Shown in pieces: positions 18,048 to 26,333 of a stretch of 64,000 bases of DNA. Source of the DNA: Elusimicrobiales bacterium. Its GTDB lineage: Bacteria; Elusimicrobiota; Elusimicrobia; Elusimicrobiales; UBA9959. Under the pieces are notes generated by a model. That model was not told the origin of the DNA. It did no database searches and saw only the letters and a program-made list of their open reading frames with translations. The translations under genes were made by a program, and so were the position numbers. Where the stretch lies: contig JBBRDG010000004.1 in assembly GCA_038204165.1 (NCBI GenBank), forward strand, positions 4,330-68,329, written 5' to 3'. How positions within the stretch are numbered: the stretch's first letter is position 1; each line of letters opens with the position of its first letter.

Positions 18048-21000
18048 CTAAATTCTATCTTTCACCTGTCCAGTCATCTTAACATCTTCGCAGGTCGTTT
18101 TGCTGCGCACCCGCCTTTCCAGCGGCACAGCCAGGCTGTAAGCGCAGGGGACCACGAAAAGGGTAAGCAGAGTGGACAAGAAGACGCCGCCTATTACCAC
18201 CACGGCCATAGGCCGCATGGTCTCAGCGCCCGGGCCTACGGCCACCGCCGGCGGGATGGCGCTGGCGATTGTGGCGAGCGAGGTCATAAGGATGGGGCGC
18301 AGCCTTATAGGGCAGGCCTCCAATAGCGCGGAGCGCACGTCCATACCGGCGTCTCGGCGCCGGTTGGTGAAGTCCACAAGAAGAATGGAGTTCTTCTTAA
18401 CGATACCCATAAGCAGCAGCAGGCCGATCATGCTGTAGATATTAAGCGAGATCCCCGTAGCGCGCAGGGCGATGAACGCGCCGCTGGCGCTGAACGGCAG
18501 GGCCAGCAGCACCACGCCGGGGTGGACGAAGCTGTTGAACTGCGACCCCAGCACCATGTAGGAAGCTGCTATGCCCAGGATGAGCGCCAGCAGCAGGTTA
18601 GCCATAGATTCGCGAAAGGTCTGGGAGCTGCCGCTGAGCACCGCGTGGTACTCTTCCGGCAACAGCGCGGCCGCGGTCTTCGCTACGAAACTTATAGCGT
18701 CGGTCTGCGATTTACCCGGCGTAACGTTCGCAAACATGGTGATAGCGCGCTCGCGGTTATAGCGCGTTATGGTCAGCAGCGCGCTTGTATCTTTCAGCTT
18801 TACCACCTTTGAGAGCTGCACCATTTCCCCCTGCTCGTTCCGGAGCCAGATATTATTTATATCCTGCGCCCGGCTGTTCTCGCTATCAGTAAGCTTCACG
18901 CGGATATCATCCCGGTGGCCGGATTCGTCGGTGTATTTTCCCACGCGCAGCCCGCCGACCAGGGCGTTGATGGTGTCGGCTATATTGGCGACAGTTACGC
19001 CGCGCGCGGCGGCGGCGGCTCTGTCCGGGCCCACGCTAACCTCGGGCATGTTCGGGTTATAGTCCGAATCCACATCCGTCATCAGCCCGGAGGCGTTCAT
19101 TTTCTCCTTCATCTGCCCGCTCAGCGCGGCCAGTTTATCCCAGTCTGGACCCTGCACCGAAAATTCGATAGGGAACCCCCGCTGAGCGGAGAACCCGGCC
19201 AGCGAAAGGTCCTGCATGGTGGCCTTGGAAACGCCCGGGATCCGCTGGAACTCCCCGCGGATGAAGCCCATGAACTCCTGCTGCGTCGGGCGGCGCTTGA
19301 AAGGCGCCGTCACCGGCCTGTCCCCGGGATCTTTAAGGGTTACCAGCAGGATGCCCTGGTTGACCAGCCCGCCCTGGAAGCCGCCGATAGCGATGTAATA
19401 GGTGTCAACTTCGGGCCGCGCCTTCAGGATAGCCTCGGCCTGCCGGAACAGCCCGTCGGTAAATTCCAGTGACGAGCCCAGCGGAGCCTGGATGCTGGCG
19501 AGGAACCGGCTCTGGTCCTGCGGCGGCACGAATTCCTTCCTTACGCCCCGCAGCAGCAGGAGCGAAGAACAGAACACCAGCCCGGCCGCCATCATGACCC
19601 GCCAGCGCCGGTCCAGGCAGAATGCCAGAGCGCCTCCGTAAAACAGCCGCAGTTTTTTCGTCAGGCGGTCCATGAAGCGGCCCAGTCTGGTGGCGCCGCC
19701 GGGCTGCAGGAACTGGGAGGTACGCATGGGCGTAAGGGTGAGCGCCTCGAACAGCGAAAGCGCCACCACCACCGACAAGGTAACGCCGAACTGGAAGAAG
19801 AATTTGCCGATGATGCCGCTCATGAAGACCACCGGCATGAAGATGGCGAGGATCGCCAGCGAAGAGGCCACCGCGGCGGTGGTAATTTCACGCGCGCCGG
19901 TCATAGCCGCGCAGACCCGGTCCAGGCCGCCTTCTGCGTAGCGGACAATGTTCTCCATCACCATGATGGCGTCGTCGACTATGATGCCGATGGAAAGCGA
20001 AAGCCCGAGCAACGTGAAGGTATTAAGCGTAAAGCCGCAGAAGTAGAGCACAAGAAAAGACCCGATCAGGGACGTAGGTATTGCCAGCAGCACGTTGAAA
20101 GCCGAGCTGAACGACCCCAGGAACAGCCAGCAGATGGCGGAGGTGAGCAGCACCGACATGCAGAGCGTGAACAGGAGCTCATGCGTGGCGTCCTCTATAA
20201 AGCGCGTAATGTCGGTGGTAAGCGCGAGCTTCATCCCCGCCGGGAGCACTTTATTCAGTTCAGCCATGCGCGTCTTGACCGCGCGGCCGATAGCCACGGC
20301 GTTGGAGCCGCGCTGTTTAATAACGCCCAGCCCCACGGCTCGCTCACCCTTCAGCCTGGAGATGCGGCGCACGTCGGCCATGCCTTCCTCGGCGTAGCCC
20401 ACGTCGCTGATTTTTAGTTTCTTCCAGATAGGGACGCCGCTCCTGGACGCGATCACCAGGTCGTTGAATTCCTGCGGCGTGGCGGCTTCGCTCCGCACCC
20501 GCACGTTCACTTCTTTGGGGCCGTTGTCCATGTAGCCCGACGGTGTAAGGGTGTGCTCGCTGTTAATGGCGCCTATCACGTCCGAAACCGAGATCTGCTG
20601 CCGGCGCATTTTAGGCGAGTCCAGCCAGACGCGCATATTGGGAGCGATATAGCCGCCCAGGAACACGTCCCCAACCCCAGGTACTGTGGTCAGCCTGTCC
20701 TTCAGGTGGTCCCGGACGAACAACATTATTTCGCGCAGTGGCCTGCTGCCGGTGAGCGCGGCCCACAGGATAGGCTGGTCTTCGGGGTTGGACTTGGTGA
20801 CTATCGGCGGGTCGATGTCGTTGGGCAGCGTGCGCTGCGCCTGGGCTATCTTGGTCTGCACCTCCTGCAGCGCCACGTCCACGTCCTGGCTTAGTTCGAA
20901 CTCTATGGTAATAGTGGCCAACCCTTCCTGGCAGGTGGATTTTACGTTGCGGATGCCGGCCACGCTCATCACCGAGCTTTCCAGCACGTCGGCCACGGCG

Positions 21001-21191
21001 GATTCCATAGTTTCCGGCGAGGCGCCCACCCAGGTAGTAGTGATGGTCAGCACCGGAAAATCCACGTCAGGCAACTGGCTAAGGCCCATGCGCGAAAAGC
21101 CCAGCGCCCCGAAAACGATCAGGGCCGCCATCACCATCCAGGCGAATACGGGATTTTTTATTGATATTTCTGACAGCGTCATAAGTACCAA
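18048..21191 (-). CDS. RND efflux transporter permease (AcrB/HAE1-like)
   Basis: 1047 aa with a 12-TM, two-large-loop architecture. The N-terminus SIKNPVFAWMVMAALIVFGALGF...LPDVDFPVLTITT is typical of AcrB-family pumps. The start could be the ATG at 21182. Confidence 0.92.
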   Translation of the reverse strand: MVLMTLSEISIKNPVFAWMVMAALIVFGALGFSRMGLSQLPDVDFPVLTITTTWVGASPETMESAVADVLESSVMSVAGIRNVKSTCQEGLATITIEFELSQDVDVALQEVQTKIAQAQRTLPNDIDPPIVTKSNPEDQPILWAALTGSRPLREIMLFVRDHLKDRLTTVPGVGDVFLGGYIAPNMRVWLDSPKMRRQQISVSDVIGAINSEHTLTPSGYMDNGPKEVNVRVRSEAATPQEFNDLVIASRSGVPIWKKLKISDVGYAEEGMADVRRISRLKGERAVGLGVIKQRGSNAVAIGRAVKTRMAELNKVLPAGMKLALTTDITRFIEDATHELLFTLCMSVLLTSAICWLFLGSFSSAFNVLLAIPTSLIGSFLVLYFCGFTLNTFTLLGLSLSIGIIVDDAIMVMENIVRYAEGGLDRVCAAMTGAREITTAAVASSLAILAIFMPVVFMSGIIGKFFFQFGVTLSVVVALSLFEALTLTPMRTSQFLQPGGATRLGRFMDRLTKKLRLFYGGALAFCLDRRWRVMMAAGLVFCSSLLLLRGVRKEFVPPQDQSRFLASIQAPLGSSLEFTDGLFRQAEAILKARPEVDTYYIAIGGFQGGLVNQGILLVTLKDPGDRPVTAPFKRRPTQQEFMGFIRGEFQRIPGVSKATMQDLSLAGFSAQRGFPIEFSVQGPDWDKLAALSGQMKEKMNASGLMTDVDSDYNPNMPEVSVGPDRAAAAARGVTVANIADTINALVGGLRVGKYTDESGHRDDIRVKLTDSENSRAQDINNIWLRNEQGEMVQLSKVVKLKDTSALLTITRYNRERAITMFANVTPGKSQTDAISFVAKTAAALLPEEYHAVLSGSSQTFRESMANLLLALILGIAASYMVLGSQFNSFVHPGVVLLALPFSASGAFIALRATGISLNIYSMIGLLLLMGIVKKNSILLVDFTNRRRDAGMDVRSALLEACPIRLRPILMTSLATIASAIPPAVAVGPGAETMRPMAVVVIGGVFLSTLLTLFVVPCAYSLAVPLERRVRSKTTCEDVKMTGQVKDRI

Positions 21192-21222
21192 AACCCCCGT
21201 CTGAAGACGGGGGCTTTAGGCG

Positions 21223-22257
21223 TCAGTTGCCTTTGTAGGTTTCGGTCGAGCCGGGCGCCGAAGGCGGCGGGGCAGCCGGTAGCGGAGGGGCGGAAACAGC
21301 ACCCTCCGGCTGCACCGGCTTGCCGTCCGCGTCGAAGATGGCGAAAGAGCCGTCCTTAAAATCCAGCAGGATCTGCAGCGGGTCCGCACCGCCACCGGTG
21401 AACCGGACTTTAGTCACATCCCGGCCAAGGTACAGCATATAAACGGGCTTGCCGCTGGTCCGGTCGTAAAGGAAGGCCGCATTCTCGGTGCCGGTCACCT
21501 CCACCATTCGTCGCAGGTCGGGGCTGGCCCATTGCCTGCCCGTCCCCGGCGCCGGGGTCACCTCGGGAGGAGGGATGGTAGTGGACTTCTGCACCGTGAT
21601 CCCGCCTTCCTGGTAGGGATAATAGTTGTTGTCCATGTAGACATAGTCCATGCCGCCGGGCCCTTGCCACCACCAGGAGCCGTTCCACCAGAACACCCAG
21701 CGCGCGTAGCTGGTGTCGTACCACCACCACCGGTCCCCGTAATACCGGGTCCAGTAGAAAGACGGGCCGAAATAGAAACCGTACCAGTCTATATCGTCTT
21801 TATCGTAATAATGGGCGTACCGCCGGCCGCCGGCGTCGTGCCAGAAGAACTTGCTATGCTCCCGCTCCTGCCCTCTTTCACGCTCCAGGGAATGCAGGGC
21901 ACCGCGATCGTTGGTGATCTCCGCGTGGTGGGACGGCGGGATCCTCGCCGGGTTTACGCGGATCTCGTCGCCGTTGCCGAAGCGGCGCGGGGCAGCGAAC
22001 TGGTGACTGTCGTTGACTATATGGGCTGGTTCAAGGCGTTCCGGACGGGTAATGGAGATATTCTGCATCCTCGTTATCTGGCGGCCTTCACCGCGGTTCC
22101 AGGAGCGTTCCTGCCGGGCCTCGCCGCCCCCCGTAGAGCGCTCCTGCCTGCCCTCCCCCCGCTCGCGGTCTCCGCCCCGTTCCTCGGCTCTGGCCGCGCC
22201 GCCGCACAAAATTATCCCGGCCAGCAGCGCCAGGAACGTAAATTGTTTAGTATTCAT
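21223..22257 (-). CDS. secreted Trp/Tyr-rich protein with N-terminal Arg/Glu/Gly repeats, unknown function
   Basis: 344 aa with a signal peptide (LLAGIILCGGAARA). Repeats GEGRQERS / GEARQERS / GEGRQ. The core has 12 Trp in ~65 aa (RWWWYDTSYARWVFWWNGSWWWQG). GGAGGA RBS. Confidence 0.6.
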   Translation of the reverse strand: MNTKQFTFLALLAGIILCGGAARAEERGGDRERGEGRQERSTGGGEARQERSWNRGEGRQITRMQNISITRPERLEPAHIVNDSHQFAAPRRFGNGDEIRVNPARIPPSHHAEITNDRGALHSLERERGQEREHSKFFWHDAGGRRYAHYYDKDDIDWYGFYFGPSFYWTRYYGDRWWWYDTSYARWVFWWNGSWWWQGPGGMDYVYMDNNYYPYQEGGITVQKSTTIPPPEVTPAPGTGRQWASPDLRRMVEVTGTENAAFLYDRTSGKPVYMLYLGRDVTKVRFTGGGADPLQILLDFKDGSFAIFDADGKPVQPEGAVSAPPLPAAPPPSAPGSTETYKGN

Positions 22258-22397
22258 AATAATCCTCCGGGACAGGACGAAAACCTATTGCCCTTTTCCA
22301 AATTTTACTACACAGCAAACGCCTCGGAGTTGACTAGTTTCCGCTTTTTCCGGACCAGTGCGGCCAGCACGCCTGGCGGGCGCACGGAGAAGGAAGA

Positions 22398-22415
22398 GGG
22401 CCGCCAGCGCGGCCC
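22398..22415 (-). terminator. possible terminator after bfr
   Basis: GGGCCGC-GCUG-GCGGCCC hairpin, followed on the minus strand by UCUUCCUUCU. Confidence 0.4.
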
Positions 22416-22438
22416 CCCCCCGTTCAGTCAAGCAGCTT

Positions 22439-22864
22439 TTAGACTTCTTCAAGCAGCGTGGTGAAGGTATCGTGGTGGTCTTCCTCGTCCGTAAGTATCT
22501 TACGGAACAGTTCCTCGGTCACGTCGTCGTGCTCCTTCTTGGCCAGGTCGATGATCTGCTTGTACATATCGATCGCTTCCACCTCGGCCTTAACGTCGTT
22601 CTCGAGCTGCTCGCTGAGCGTGTCCCCTAAGAAGATAGGGGCGGGCTTTGTGGTAGGTACGCCTCCCAGGTAATTCAGGCGCTCGGCGATAATCTCGGCG
22701 TGCTTCATTTCCTCGATAGCTATGTTCCTGAAGCCGTCTTTTACCGCGTAGCCTTTTACGCCTTTCCACAGCACGTGCTGCCACATATACTGGATGCTTA
22801 CCTGAATTTCCCGCGCTATGGCCTGGTTGAGCAGGTCCAGCATTTCTTTAGAAGTTTTTTTCAT
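22439..22864 (-). CDS. bfr: bacterioferritin-family protein
   Basis: 141 aa. Ferroxidase-centre helices (REIQVSIQY, IEEMKHAE with the heme-ligand Met position conserved, DEEDHHD) align to E. coli Bfr from memory. Confidence 0.8.
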   Translation of the reverse strand: MKKTSKEMLDLLNQAIAREIQVSIQYMWQHVLWKGVKGYAVKDGFRNIAIEEMKHAEIIAERLNYLGGVPTTKPAPIFLGDTLSEQLENDVKAEVEAIDMYKQIIDLAKKEHDDVTEELFRKILTDEEDHHDTFTTLLEEV

Positions 22865-22915
22865 TTACCCTCCTGTTTTTTTTACCCGTCCGTCCGGCGT
22901 GCCGGCCGGCCGTGG

Positions 22916-23512
22916 TTATTTCTGACAGCGCTTGTCCGCCTCTTCCCAATTTACGGCGTTATGGAACGCCTCTATATACTTTGCCCTTTCCAGCTGGTAA
23001 TCTGTGATATAAGCGTGCTCGAACACGTCCATGATCAGCAGCGGCGCGCAGCCGGCCAGGTGGCCGCCGTCGTGCTCGTTCACCCAGGCGTTGAACAGCC
23101 TGCCGGAAGTATTATCCCTGTACAGGACCGTCCAGCCCACGCCGCGCATAAGCCCGGTGGCCGTGAAGTCCTTTTTCCAGCCCTCGTACGTGCCGAAGTC
23201 TTCCACGATGTTCTTATACAGATGGCTGTTCTGCCGGGGCGTGCCGGTCCCACCGAGATTGCCGAAATACAGCTCGTGCAGGCGCATGCCGTTGAACTCC
23301 CAGCCGAAGCGCCTCTTCAGCTCGGCGTACTCCGGCGTTTTCTCTTTGCCTTCGGCGAGCAGGGCCGAAAGCTTCTCCGCCAGGGTGTTGGTGTTATTCA
23401 CGTAGCCCTGGTACAGTTTCAGGTGGTTGGTTATCAACTGGCTGCTGAAGCCCGGCATCCCTTCCAGGTCCGGGTATGACGCCGCTTTGTAGGTTTGTAT
23501 GGTCTGCTGCAT
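22916..23512 (-). CDS. sod: Fe/Mn superoxide dismutase
   Basis: DVFEHAYITDY metal-ligand motif plus upstream His motifs (NHLKLY, RLHELYF). ATG at 23512 has a GGGGGA RBS. The 39-aa track extension upstream is rejected. Confidence 0.85.
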   Translation of the reverse strand: MQQTIQTYKAASYPDLEGMPGFSSQLITNHLKLYQGYVNNTNTLAEKLSALLAEGKEKTPEYAELKRRFGWEFNGMRLHELYFGNLGGTGTPRQNSHLYKNIVEDFGTYEGWKKDFTATGLMRGVGWTVLYRDNTSGRLFNAWVNEHDGGHLAGCAPLLIMDVFEHAYITDYQLERAKYIEAFHNAVNWEEADKRCQK

Positions 23513-23638
23513 GTTTCCCCCTTGGCGCCTCCGGCAGCCGGGCGAACCCGCCCGCCGTGAATGGCGCGCATCTTTCAAGTTAGTGTCCTTCAAAGCCAAT
23601 ATATAGGATATTCGCCCCGAATAAATCAAGAGGTATAC

Positions 23639-25315
23639 TTACTGCCAGGTTTCTTTCTTGCCGGCCTTGCTCCTGGTAAGTTTGTTGTCCGCCAGGTACT
23701 TGTAAGCCGAAAGGGCCGCCTGAGCCCCTTGCCCCACGGCGATGGAGATCTGTTTTTCTTCGGTATCGGTTACGTCCCCGGCGGCGAACAGGCCCTTCTC
23801 CGAAGTGGTCTGCGTCCGGTCCACCGCTATCTCGCCGTAAGGATTGAGCTGGAGCAGGTCTTTAAGCGGGGAGCTGTTAGGTGTGAGGCCAATTTCCAGG
23901 AACACCCCGTCCACGTCCAGGTCCAGCTTTTCCGAGCCGTCCGGGGAAACCAGCCTTATACTGTTAAGTTTGTCCCCGCCCAGGTATTCGCGCACTTCCA
24001 TAGGAGAGTGCAGAGTTACGTTCTTGGCTTTCTTAACTTCCTCCACCAGAGCGGGGTCGGCCCGGAAATCTTTGCCGCGGTGGACAAGGTGGATCTCCGA
24101 CGCGAAAGCAAGCAGATCGCGCACGGAGGTGAATGCTGAATTCCCGCCGCCCACTACCGCCACTTTTTTTCCTTTATAGAGCGGGGCGTCGCAGGTGGCG
24201 CAGAAACCTATCCCTTTCCCCACGAATTTTTCCTCGCCCGGCACGCCGAGCCGTTTATATTCCTTACCGGCGCAGTAGACCACGGAATGGGCCTTAAAGC
24301 GGCTACCCCCTTCGGTGGACAGGACGAATTCTTGCCCGCTCTTTTCTATCTTGGTCACGTTCTCTCCGAGCGCCTCGGCTACGGGATAACGGGACATATG
24401 CGCGCGAAAAGCTTCGGCCATGCTAGTGCCTGTCGCGTCTGGCAGGCCCAGGTAATTCTCTATGCCGGCGGTATAGGTGATCTGGCCGCCCAGCTTCCTG
24501 GCGACCAGGACCACGTCCAGGTCCTTGCGCGCCGCGTAAACCGCGGCGGACAGCGCGGCCGGACCGCCGCCCACTATAGCCATTTCGTACGTATGGCCGG
24601 GCTCGGCTTTTTTAGTCTTCCCCGCCGCTTCCACCGCGCGCAGTTGCTCCGTAATGGCTTTGTACTGCGCCGGGGCCACGGCTTTGATTATTTCAAGGTA
24701 GGCGGCCGGCGCGGGCATAGCGCCCTCGAAAGAGGGACCGCCGTTTATTATGGTCTTCGGTACGCCTGAGACGCGATATTTTTTAACGAGCTCCGGGAAT
24801 TCTGAGGACTCCACCATGTCCGCGCGGATATGGTCGTTGACGAAAGCGAACTCGTGCGCCACGCGCACCATTTCCGGGCAGTACTGGCAGGTCAACGTAG
24901 TCATCACCTGCAGGTGCACCGGCTCTGTTATCTTCCTGACCATTTCCTCCAGCTGAGGGTCCAGGCTGGACCTCCCCCCTGAGACCAGCAGGACGGCTTC
25001 CAGCAGGGAAGTAAATTCGTAGCCGCCGGTAAGGCCGTAGAACCGGATGCCATAGTCCTTCGCGCCCACAATAGCCGTGGCCGGGGCCATCTCTATCTTG
25101 TAGTTTAGCGCTGTATCTCCGTCCAGCACCAGATCGTGGACCTCCAGTTTAAGCAGGTCTGTAATCCCGCACAATTCCCGCAGCAATGCTTCCTGCAGTG
25201 CACAGGCCGGGCAGGCGCTCTTCTGCGTGAACAGCAGTAGCCGCACCGGGGCTTTCATCTTACCCAGCAGGAGTTTAACTTCAGCCCTGGTCTTTTCGTC
25301 CATTAAATCAGCCAT
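23639..25315 (-). CDS. AhpF-like NAD(P)H disulfide reductase (two N-terminal thioredoxin-fold modules + TrxB-like domain)
   Basis: CPAC and CQYC in the N-terminal Trx folds, GGGPA FAD motif, CATCD redox centre, GGGNSA NAD motif. The GGGGGAGGGG just upstream of the ATG at 25315 is its RBS, not coding sequence. Confidence 0.8.
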   Translation of the reverse strand: MADLMDEKTRAEVKLLLGKMKAPVRLLLFTQKSACPACALQEALLRELCGITDLLKLEVHDLVLDGDTALNYKIEMAPATAIVGAKDYGIRFYGLTGGYEFTSLLEAVLLVSGGRSSLDPQLEEMVRKITEPVHLQVMTTLTCQYCPEMVRVAHEFAFVNDHIRADMVESSEFPELVKKYRVSGVPKTIINGGPSFEGAMPAPAAYLEIIKAVAPAQYKAITEQLRAVEAAGKTKKAEPGHTYEMAIVGGGPAALSAAVYAARKDLDVVLVARKLGGQITYTAGIENYLGLPDATGTSMAEAFRAHMSRYPVAEALGENVTKIEKSGQEFVLSTEGGSRFKAHSVVYCAGKEYKRLGVPGEEKFVGKGIGFCATCDAPLYKGKKVAVVGGGNSAFTSVRDLLAFASEIHLVHRGKDFRADPALVEEVKKAKNVTLHSPMEVREYLGGDKLNSIRLVSPDGSEKLDLDVDGVFLEIGLTPNSSPLKDLLQLNPYGEIAVDRTQTTSEKGLFAAGDVTDTEEKQISIAVGQGAQAALSAYKYLADNKLTRSKAGKKETWQ

Positions 25316-25339
25316 ATAATTCCCCTCCCCCACATCCCG

Positions 25340-25732
25340 TCAGCGCTTTGCAGCGGCCAGGAAAGTCCTGACCATAGTTTCAAGGGCTCCCAGGTTCGCC
25401 GGCTTGGAAAGGTAATCGAAAGCGCCGATCTTCAGGCAATCCCGCGCTACGGCTTCGTCCCCGTTGCCGCTGAGCATGATGAAACCGGTCCGGGGCATTT
25501 CCGGCACAAGTTCGGTCAACACTTCCACCCCGTTCTTGCCCGGCATGGAGATATCGAGCAGCACCACGTCGGGACGCCTGGCCCTGGCCAGCTCCACCGC
25601 GCGCCCGCCGTCGTTAGCCTGCAGCGTCTCATACCCGTACGAAGACAGGAACCTGCAGACAGCGTTGGCAATAGCCTCGTCGTCATCCGCAACCAGCACC
25701 AGGGCCTTTGAAACGCCGTTAGTATTGATCAT
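25340..25732 (-). CDS. stand-alone response-regulator receiver (CheY-like)
   Basis: LVADDD, DVVLLDISMPG (phospho-acceptor Asp), conserved Ser (LSG) and Lys (SKP). No output domain. ATG at 25732 with a GGAG RBS is preferred over the GTG at 25765. Confidence 0.85.
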   Translation of the reverse strand: MINTNGVSKALVLVADDDEAIANAVCRFLSSYGYETLQANDGGRAVELARARRPDVVLLDISMPGKNGVEVLTELVPEMPRTGFIMLSGNGDEAVARDCLKIGAFDYLSKPANLGALETMVRTFLAAAKR

Positions 25733-25746
25733 AGTGTGCTCCAGTG

Positions 25747-26217
25747 TTAAGCGCTGAACCCGCACTTGTCTTCATATTCCCGCTCGAGCGCAAGCCGCCG
25801 CACCTCTTCAGCGAAGATAGCGTTACCGGCCAGCGCGTCATTGAAGTGCTCGGCCAGCAGCATGAACACTTTGGCGTCTTCCGTGCAGGTAATAGTGGCG
25901 TTCCTGGGCGCCTGACGCAGCAGCGCCATTTCGCCGAAGCAGTCGCCCGGCCCAAGCACCGACAGGCGCCTGGAAAAGAAGCCCCACTCCCTCACGGTAA
26001 CGCTGACGCGACCCTCGTAGATCACAAAGAACGAATCTCCTGTTTCCCCCTGCCGGCAGATCTTTTCGCCTTTCTTATAACTGAACATACTTACCCAGGC
26101 AAGGATCTTTTCCAGCAAGCCCATCTGTATATTAGCGAACAGCTTTATCTTGCGCACCATCCGGGTGAACTGGACGGTATCAAATTCTCTCATGCGCAGT
26201 TTTTCCATAGATTGCAC
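25747..26217 (-). CDS. cyclic-nucleotide-binding domain protein without a DNA-binding domain
   Basis: 156 aa. GDSFFVIYEG...GPGDCFGEMALL...PRNATI is a cNMP-binding beta-roll. No HTH follows. Confidence 0.8.
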   Translation of the reverse strand: MQSMEKLRMREFDTVQFTRMVRKIKLFANIQMGLLEKILAWVSMFSYKKGEKICRQGETGDSFFVIYEGRVSVTVREWGFFSRRLSVLGPGDCFGEMALLRQAPRNATITCTEDAKVFMLLAEHFNDALAGNAIFAEEVRRLALEREYEDKCGFSA

Positions 26218-26277
26218 GTTCGTCAGCTAAACTTGAATCCGCCCGTTTCTGAAGTAATTCTAGTGCTATATCTGTTT

Positions 26278-26302
26278 TAAGTCAAGCGGTCAACCTGACT
26301 TA
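26278..26302. promoter_or_regulatory. palindrome TAAGTCA-N11-TGACTTA in a divergent promoter region
   Basis: Perfect 7-bp arms read directly. It lies between the cNMP-binding gene (minus) and the FAD gene (plus). Confidence 0.3.
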
Positions 26303-26333
26303 GCGGGTAAAGAATACAGCGCAAGTATTAAAT

